The notes below the pieces were generated by a model that worked only from the letters and a program-made list of their open reading frames with translations, did not search any database and was not told the origin of the DNA. The translations under genes and the position numbers were made by a program. From Psychrobacter sp. DM4 (GTDB lineage: Bacteria > Pseudomonadota > Gammaproteobacteria > Pseudomonadales > Moraxellaceae), in contig NZ_CP195536.1 in the NCBI RefSeq assembly GCF_051307035.1, positions 2,010,001 through 2,042,000 on the forward strand: DNA of 32,000 bases. Reading direction: 5' to 3'. This document shows positions 25,877-32,000 of this stretch, piece after piece (the stretch's first letter is position 1; every line of letters begins with the position of its first letter).

Positions 25877-27799
25877 TTAAGGCGAGATAAATATGAGCGC
25901 TAGGCGAATGGTATTGTAGTCAACGCTTTGTTTGAGACTCTCATAAATGGGCTTGATCTTAACGCTACCGTCATCATTGAAGTCGTTAGGATTATTGGCT
26001 ACTTTGATTGCCACATAGGCAGTGCCCACCGCTGTCATCACTTCAGCATCAGGACGTAGATGATCGCAAGCAAGGCTTGGGTCTTGGCGTTTGAGCTCAC
26101 TGATATGGCGCATAATCGTCGACTGTGCCAGCTCGCGCTCTTGTGCGATATCAGCGATCGACAAGCTCTCCTCCAGTAGCATCTTGGTCAACAATAAAGT
26201 ACTCTCTGATTTATCAGCAACTTGATTACCCAAGATCTGCTTTTTATCTTGTACCGCTTTTATCCGCTCGCGGCGACGCTTTTGTAGACCTTCATAAGCA
26301 TCAATCACAGATTGACTTAGCGTACCGCCTGACTTTAACACGAACTTATCATGTGCCTGTTTCATGCTCTTTTCATCGAGCATGGCGTAGTTGGCGTCGG
26401 CTTCATCTGATAACGTCAGAAAGCGTTTATCAGCTCCGCGTGCGAGGGGATCTAATTGTAAACTCATATCATTCATACCGAGCAGTTGCAATCCTGCTAG
26501 CGATTTAAGACGCGATAGCGCCACATAGCCCTGTCCTAGCTCAAAAGTACGTGAGAGGTCAATTTCGGCTGCATCCAGTGTCATACCTTGCGATTTATGA
26601 ATGGTGATCGCCCATGCCAGACATAAGGGTACTTGCTCATAGCTGGCGAGCACCTCTCCAGTCTCATCTTCGATGATCCACTCTTCAGGCTCTGCTATGA
26701 CCTCACGTCCTGAATTGAGTCTGACCACGGGCATTTTTTGCGTAGCAGGCTTTTTAGTTTTAGCCTTGGACTTTTCTTTTTTATCTGGACTGATACCGTT
26801 ATTATCATCGATATCGACCGCTTTTTCATCGCTCGCTGTCAAAGCATCGTTTTGGGCTTTTTCTTTATCATCGACCTTGACTGCCGCAAAGCCAATTAAC
26901 TCGCCCATTGTGCCGTTTGAGACACTAAGCTCAGTATTGTTTTTGATAAACATCACCTTAGCGCCTACTTTTAGCGTGAGATCATCTTGGGTACGGACGG
27001 TCTTCTTTAACGTATCGACCAGTTTGCCATCACCTGTCGCACTCGCCTCAAAACGCATCGTCTCGCCCTCTAGCGCAGCCAGCTCTTTGTCATTGATTTT
27101 ATTGACGTTGAGATTGTGGGTATATAGACGAGTTCTACTGATATCGACATCTTGATCGTAGGTCGCTTCTAAGGCGGCAATAGCCTCAAAAGTAACTTCT
27201 TGACGTCTGATCTGATTGAGAATGTCGTCTAAATCCAGACCACCATTGACCGCATCGCTCACTTGCCTATGCTGCTCAGATAAATAGCAGATATGAAACT
27301 TGGCATCGAGCCATGCCTCAGACATAAAGGCAAACTTATCTCGATTGCTCTCACCGCGGCTACCGATGGGTGGCAACTGAAAAAAGTCTCCTGCGACCAC
27401 GACTTGAGTACCGCCAAATGCTGCGTCGTTCTTGCGTACATGTTTAAGTACTTGATTGACAAGATTTAGCTGTTTGGCATGTAGCATCGATATCTCATCG
27501 ATAATGAGTACGGCGGTATCTTTGAGCCTATCGGCTAAAAACTGCTTGCGGGATAAATTGGTCAAATCTCGATCTGATAGCTCATCCTTAATACCGATAC
27601 CCGACCAGCTATGAATAGTCGTACCATTCATGTGCGTCGCGGCGATACCTGTGCTGGCTGTTACAGCAACAGGGACGCGGCGCGCGCGTAAATAATTGAT
27701 GTATTGGTTGAGTGTATAAGTCTTACCTGAACCTGCGGAACCCGTCAAAAAAACATTTTGACCTGTTTGTAAGATATCAAGAGCAGAAGATTGACGCAT
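25877..27799 (-). CDS. PIF1/RecD-like SF1 ATP-dependent DNA helicase with C-terminal helix-turn-helix domain
   Basis: It has Walker A GSAGSGKT, Walker B LIIDEISM, QLPPI, and ITIHKSQGMT (RecD/Pif1 motif). The C-terminal SIADIAQERELAQSTIMRHISEL looks like an HTH. Confidence 0.85.
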   Translation of the reverse strand: MRQSSALDILQTGQNVFLTGSAGSGKTYTLNQYINYLRARRVPVAVTASTGIAATHMNGTTIHSWSGIGIKDELSDRDLTNLSRKQFLADRLKDTAVLIIDEISMLHAKQLNLVNQVLKHVRKNDAAFGGTQVVVAGDFFQLPPIGSRGESNRDKFAFMSEAWLDAKFHICYLSEQHRQVSDAVNGGLDLDDILNQIRRQEVTFEAIAALEATYDQDVDISRTRLYTHNLNVNKINDKELAALEGETMRFEASATGDGKLVDTLKKTVRTQDDLTLKVGAKVMFIKNNTELSVSNGTMGELIGFAAVKVDDKEKAQNDALTASDEKAVDIDDNNGISPDKKEKSKAKTKKPATQKMPVVRLNSGREVIAEPEEWIIEDETGEVLASYEQVPLCLAWAITIHKSQGMTLDAAEIDLSRTFELGQGYVALSRLKSLAGLQLLGMNDMSLQLDPLARGADKRFLTLSDEADANYAMLDEKSMKQAHDKFVLKSGGTLSQSVIDAYEGLQKRRRERIKAVQDKKQILGNQVADKSESTLLLTKMLLEESLSIADIAQERELAQSTIMRHISELKRQDPSLACDHLRPDAEVMTAVGTAYVAIKVANNPNDFNDDGSVKIKPIYESLKQSVDYNTIRLALIFISP

Positions 27800-27916
27800 A
27801 GATCCAAACCAATAGTCTAAAGAGTGAGAGCTACCCGGTAGTGCGGCAAGCCAAAATAAGTGGTCATTATTATAACAGCTAGCTGGGCTTTGCAGACTTT
27901 TTAACGATGACTACAT

Positions 27917-27935
27917 TGATAACTTAAAGTTATCA
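27917..27935. promoter_or_regulatory. 19-bp perfect palindrome TGATAACTT-a-AAGTTATCA (candidate operator)
   Basis: Read directly. It lies in the divergent helicase / aldehyde dehydrogenase intergenic region. Confidence 0.4.
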
Positions 27936-28152
27936 GCGCCCTACTATCATACTATTATAAGTCGCTATCACTCCTTATAAAAGCTTAGTAGGATGGACTG
28001 ATAACACGAATAAACAAGAGCGAAAAATTAGCAGCTATTTTATAGGTATCTGACGTCATACGTTCTTTAATTTAACCCTTTTTTTTCAAGATCAGGCAAG
28101 AGTCAGCCTGTGTTTTAGTCCGTTTGGTTCTCAACACAACAAGGAATCGTTT

Positions 28153-29679
28153 ATGTTATACCCCTATCCCAATACCCAGGACAGCACCGTCCAATTTCGC
28201 GACAAATACGACAACTTCATCAATGGGGAATGGACACCGCCCGCTGATGGTGAGTACTTTGATAACCCAAGCCCCATCGACGGCAAGACCATCTGCCAAG
28301 TCGCACGCTCAAAAGAAGCCGACATCGAAAAAGCCTTGGATGCAGCGCATGCTGCCAAAGATGCTTGGAGTAAAACCAGTGTCACAGAACGCGCCAATCT
28401 ACTGCTTAAAATCGCGGATAAGATGGAAGCCAATCTAGAAGCTATCGCCATCGCTGAATGCTATGAAAATGGTAAAGCCGTTCGTGAGACCTTAGCCGCT
28501 GATATTCCGCTAGCTGTCGATCATTTCCGTTATTTCGCTGGTGCCATTCGTGCGCAAGAAGGCGGCATCAGTCAAATCGATGATGATACCGTTGCTTATC
28601 ACTTTCATGAACCCCTCGGCGTCGTCGGTCAGATCATCCCTTGGAACTTCCCAATTCTAATGGCTGTGTGGAAGCTTGCCCCTGCTTTAGCTGCTGGCAA
28701 CTGTGTTATCCTAAAACCTGCTGAGCAAACCCCTGCCTCCATCCTGTTTATGCTTGATCTCATCGGTATTGCTGACATTTTACCCAAAGGCGTGTTGAAC
28801 GTTGTCAACGGTTTCGGTGTTGAAGCGGGTAAGCCGCTTGCCTCTAATCCACGTATTAACAAAGTAGCGTTTACCGGTGAGACCACCACCGGTCGCCTCA
28901 TCATGCAATATGCCAGCGAGAATATTATCCCCGTTACCCTAGAGCTGGGTGGTAAGAGCCCTAACATCTTTTTTGCCGATGTCATGGATGAAGATGATGA
29001 TTTCTTGGACAAGGCGATTGAAGGTCTCGTGATGTTTGCCCTCAACCAAGGGGAGGTCTGTACTTGTCCCTCACGCGCACTCATTCATGAGAGCATTTAT
29101 GATGAGTTTATCAAGCGCTGTATCGAACGCGTCAAAGCCATCAAAATGGGTAACCCACTTGATACTGATACTATGATCGGCGCACAAGCAAGCTCAGATC
29201 AGTTAGAGAAGATTGTATCGTATCTTGATATCGGTAAAAAAGAAGGCGCTAAGGTACTAGTCGGCGGCGAGCGTGCTAAACATGACGGTGATCTTGGTGA
29301 TGGCTATTATGTGCAGCCGACTATCTTTGAAGGCACGAATGATATGCGGGTGTTCCAAGAAGAGATCTTTGGTCCTGTGCTAGCGGTCACTACTTTTAAA
29401 GACGACGAAGAGGCGATGAGTATTGCCAATGATACGCTGTACGGCTTAGGTGCTGGTGTTTGGACTCGTAGCGTACATAAAGCCTATCGCTTTGGGCGTG
29501 GTATTCAAGCCGGTCGCGTCTGGACCAATTGCTATCATATCTATCCTGCTCACTCTGCATTTGGCGGTTATAAGCAGTCGGGTATTGGCCGTGAGAACCA
29601 TCTGATGATGCTCGATCACTATCAGCAAACCAAAAATATGCTAGTATCGTACAGTCCTAAAGCGATGGGCTTCTTTTAA
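28153..29679 (+). CDS. NAD-dependent aldehyde dehydrogenase (AcoD/ExaC/AldB-like, about 506-aa class)
   Basis: It has ELGGKSP (catalytic Glu) and [11 protein letters not shown] (catalytic Cys). The N-terminus [13 protein letters not shown] is typical of this subfamily. AAGGA lies 7 nt upstream. Confidence 0.95.
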   Translation: MLYPYPNTQDSTVQFRDKYDNFINGEWTPPADGEYFDNPSPIDGKTICQVARSKEADIEKALDAAHAAKDAWSKTSVTERANLLLKIADKMEANLEAIAIAECYENGKAVRETLAADIPLAVDHFRYFAGAIRAQEGGISQIDDDTVAYHFHEPLGVVGQIIPWNFPILMAVWKLAPALAAGNCVILKPAEQTPASILFMLDLIGIADILPKGVLNVVNGFGVEAGKPLASNPRINKVAFTGETTTGRLIMQYASENIIPVTLELGGKSPNIFFADVMDEDDDFLDKAIEGLVMFALNQGEVCTCPSRALIHESIYDEFIKRCIERVKAIKMGNPLDTDTMIGAQASSDQLEKIVSYLDIGKKEGAKVLVGGERAKHDGDLGDGYYVQPTIFEGTNDMRVFQEEIFGPVLAVTTFKDDEEAMSIANDTLYGLGAGVWTRSVHKAYRFGRGIQAGRVWTNCYHIYPAHSAFGGYKQSGIGRENHLMMLDHYQQTKNMLVSYSPKAMGFF

Positions 29680-29775
29680 CGCGATCTAAAAGCACTTTAT
29701 GACAAAATCCACAACGTGCATTTAGATAGTTATTTAGTACTTTGATTTTAATAACAATAAAAAGGAATTAGCAGT

Positions 29776-30804
29776 ATGAGTAATAAAATGAAAGCGGCTG
29801 TATTGCACGAGTTTGGACAGCCCTTACAAATAGAAGAGGTGGATATTCCAACCCCAGGTGCAGGGGAAATCGTCGTCAAGATGCAAGCCTCTGGTGTCTG
29901 CCATACCGACTTGCATGCTATTGAAGGGGATTGGCCGTCTAAGCCTAAACTGCCGCTTATTCCTGGACACGAGGGCGTCGGTCTCATTACAGCTGTTGGC
30001 GACAACGTCCATCATGTCAAAGAAGGCGACCGCGTTGGTGTTCCTTGGCTGTATTCAGCTTGTGGACACTGTACTCATTGTTTGGGTGGCTGGGAGACTT
30101 TATGTTTACGTCAAAAGAATGCAGGATACTCAGTTAATGGTAGCTTTGCTGAGTACGTCTTGGCGAATGCGAACTATGTTGGTATCATTCCTGAAGGCGT
30201 CGACTCAGTAGAGATTGCCCCCATCTTATGTGCTGGCGTGACGGTATATAAAGGTCTCAAAATGACCGAAGCCAAAGCTGGCGATTGGGTGGTTGTCTCT
30301 GGCATCGGCGGCCTTGGCCACATGGCAGTACAGTACGCCGTGGCTATGGGATTGAACGTTGCAGCTGTCGATATCGATGATGACAAGCTTGACTTTGCTA
30401 AAAAACTCGGGGCGACAGTTACCGTTAATGCAAAAGATACAGACCCTGGAAAGTTCCTAAAAAAAGAGATCGGCGGCGCTCATGGCGTACTGGTAACAGC
30501 AGTCTCTCCAAAAGCGTTTGATCAAGCGATAAGCATGGTAAGACGTGGTGGTACAGTTGTTTTCAACGGTTTGCCTACTGGTGATTTTCCTTTATCTATC
30601 TTTAATACAGTATTAAATGGCATTACTATTCGCGGTTCAATCGTCGGTACGCGTCTTGATTTGCAAGAGTCGTTAGATATGGCGGCAGCGGGCAAAGTAA
30701 AAGCCACCGTCGCCGCTGAACCGCTTGAGAATATCAATGATATATTTGAGCGTATGCGTGATGGAAAAATCGAGGGTCGTATTGTGATTGACTATACTAT
30801 GTAG
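29776..30804 (+). CDS. adhP: zinc-dependent alcohol dehydrogenase, AdhP (propanol-preferring) type
   Basis: It has GVCHTDLH and GHEGVG catalytic Zn ligands, the structural Zn site [15 protein letters not shown], and the GIGGLGH cofactor motif. It is collinear with E. coli AdhP as I remember it. Confidence 0.9.
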   Translation: MSNKMKAAVLHEFGQPLQIEEVDIPTPGAGEIVVKMQASGVCHTDLHAIEGDWPSKPKLPLIPGHEGVGLITAVGDNVHHVKEGDRVGVPWLYSACGHCTHCLGGWETLCLRQKNAGYSVNGSFAEYVLANANYVGIIPEGVDSVEIAPILCAGVTVYKGLKMTEAKAGDWVVVSGIGGLGHMAVQYAVAMGLNVAAVDIDDDKLDFAKKLGATVTVNAKDTDPGKFLKKEIGGAHGVLVTAVSPKAFDQAISMVRRGGTVVFNGLPTGDFPLSIFNTVLNGITIRGSIVGTRLDLQESLDMAAAGKVKATVAAEPLENINDIFERMRDGKIEGRIVIDYTM

Positions 30805-30861
30805 TCATAAGCAAGTGACGTTTTGATGTTGAGTCATCATCCTCATTAAACCTTCAAAGAT

Positions 30862-30919
30862 AGGTCGTATCGTTTTCAGTGTCATGCTATTGATAGTAAG
30901 ACTGAGAGCGATACGACCT
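30862..30919 (+). terminator. long hairpin between adhP and the DUF779 gene (terminator or processing/regulatory structure)
   Basis: Arms aggtcgtatcg (30862-30872) and cgatacgacct (30909-30919) are perfect over 11 bp. They extend imperfectly (ttcagt / actgag) around a 20-nt loop, with T-rich sequence afterwards. Confidence 0.45.
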
Positions 30920-30967
30920 TTCATATTTTATTAGTACAAATTAGATTTCAAACATAGGGAGTGCGAC

Positions 30968-31312
30968 ATGAAACTTGAAGCGACAGCATCTTGCGTTGAA
31001 CTGATCGAGCTATTAAAGTCCAAGCACGGCAAGCTCATGTTTCACCAATCAGGCGGTTGCTGTGATGGGAGCTCACCGATGTGTTATCCACTTGGCGAGT
31101 TCAAGGTTGGCGGTCAAGATATCTTGATCGATGAACTGGCAGGTTGTCCATTTTATATGGGAAAGGCCCAGCACAAGCTATGGCGACACACGGATCTCAC
31201 TATTGATGTGGTCGATGGGCGCGGCGCAAGCTTCTCGCTTGAGATACCAGAGGGTAAGCGCTTCATTGTATACTCAGAGATTTGTGCGGTTGAGGACAGT
31301 CCTGTCAAATAA
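30968..31312 (+). CDS. DUF779 domain-containing protein
   Basis: The 114-aa protein has FHQSGGCCDGSSPMCYP, the DUF779 signature. GGGAG lies upstream. This family is typically found next to aldehyde and alcohol dehydrogenase genes. Confidence 0.85.
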   Translation: MKLEATASCVELIELLKSKHGKLMFHQSGGCCDGSSPMCYPLGEFKVGGQDILIDELAGCPFYMGKAQHKLWRHTDLTIDVVDGRGASFSLEIPEGKRFIVYSEICAVEDSPVK

Positions 31313-31315
31313 TCC

Positions 31316-32000
31316 TTAGTTAACGTTCACCACCCCTCGACATTTTGGAAACTGACTACAACCATAAAACGTTTGACCTTCGCGCGCGCCTTTTTTTGCG
31401 ACGCGCTTAATCATTTCACTCTGACATCTTGGACAAGTCATTACTTGAGTTGAAATCCTAGGTTCTTCAATTTTATTGGAACTCATTACGGTGGTTACTG
31501 GCAGCTCAGTCTTAGTACTTGATTCATTTTTACCTTCAGAGATAATGAATGGTGTCATAAAAATGGCATTTTCACTCGTGAATGGCATCCTCGATGTGTC
31601 ATCCTGCTCAACTTGACCTGACCACTGAGGGACTTCTCTACTCTTAAGCGTCTCTCGCGCTTTTGGTTTTGACGGTGGTTTGACTTTTAATTGCTTCTCT
31701 TCACAAGCTTTGGCTGACTCTGTAATAGAGCTAGAGTCACTCATTTTAGAGCTATCTGTTTTAGGGTTACTCGTACTATGTTTATCTCTTAAATAGGCTT
31801 TATGCTGCCGATTGGTTTTCCATGATTTATCAAATCGACTGCTTTGAATTTGCTCAACGATCGACTTAACCTCTGCTTCGGTTAAGAGTATATCTTGCTT
31901 TTTTTTCACATAAGACGCCATACCACTAGTCAATACATGCTCAGGTAAGTCATCACGGGTCTTTAATTCACACTCACCGATAAAGGCAATCATCGAATGA
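31316..32000 (-). CDS. NERD-domain-like protein with C-terminal topoisomerase-type C4 zinc ribbon, probably partial (N-terminus beyond the window)
   Basis: The C-terminus CPRCQSEMIKRVAKKGAREGQTFYGCSQFPKCRG is a 4-Cys Topo I-type zinc ribbon. The reading frame stays open upstream of ATG 31993 to the window edge. The NERD assignment of the N-terminal part is tentative. Confidence 0.6.
   Translation of the reverse strand, partial: HSMIAFIGECELKTRDDLPEHVLTSGMASYVKKKQDILLTEAEVKSIVEQIQSSRFDKSWKTNRQHKAYLRDKHSTSNPKTDSSKMSDSSSITESAKACEEKQLKVKPPSKPKARETLKSREVPQWSGQVEQDDTSRMPFTSENAIFMTPFIISEGKNESSTKTELPVTTVMSSNKIEEPRISTQVMTCPRCQSEMIKRVAKKGAREGQTFYGCSQFPKCRGVVNVN

Noticed and set aside
26125-27155. 127-aa and 160-aa plus-strand ORFs antisense to the helicase gene
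   Set aside because: These are Ser/Leu-rich shadow ORFs fully inside a helicase CDS with intact motifs. There is no independent support.
28124-29084. Overlapping and antisense ORFs (28124-28438 +, 28164-28451 -, 28629-29084 -) in the aldehyde dehydrogenase gene
   Set aside because: The ALDH frame carries all catalytic motifs. The alternatives are low-complexity shadow frames.
1-32000. Window-wide search for CRISPR arrays, IS elements/transposases, integrases, prophage genes and toxin-antitoxin pairs
   Set aside because: I saw no regularly spaced direct repeats, no terminal inverted repeats flanking a transposase-like ORF and no recombinase-like ORF. The only repeats are the TA microsatellite, the 14-bp tandem pair, the duplicated tRNA-Asn and the gene paralogs.

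Overview
This is a chromosomal window from a gammaproteobacterium. The gene set and AT-leaning, low-complexity-rich proteins suggest a Psychrobacter-like member of Moraxellaceae, but that is inference I cannot verify here. I support about 30 protein-coding genes, 3 tRNA genes (two identical tRNA-Asn-GTT and one tRNA-Ser-TGA), several clear rho-independent terminators and a few promoter or operator candidates. I found no CRISPR array, IS element, integrase or prophage. Recognisable housekeeping genes are dapD, queE, recJ, uvrB, dps, an epd-like GAPDH-family gene, an acyl-CoA thioesterase, and an aldehyde dehydrogenase / AdhP-type alcohol dehydrogenase / DUF779 cluster. Four regions look like possibly undescribed biology. 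(1) 11357-12254 holds a tandem pair of diverged small acidic paralogs with no family I can assign. They sit between terminators and directly downstream of a 28-bp (AT)5C(TA)8T microsatellite in their promoter region. (2) 1-2874 holds a same-strand trio of a SelD-N-terminal-type flavoprotein, an ArsS-like radical SAM/Cys-rich protein and a DUF547 protein, with no arsM in view. (3) 15685-21928 holds SDR, amine-oxidase-like flavoprotein, DUF1365, CFA-synthase-like methyltransferase and DUF2177 genes, plus a thioesterase. This is a lipid-modification cluster whose relatives are linked to methylated and furan fatty acids. (4) 22761-24443 is a small tRNA-bounded islet with an orphan ribbon-helix-helix protein and a lipoprotein. 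A partial NERD / zinc-ribbon gene runs off the right edge. All family calls come from reading the translations by eye; no searches were run.
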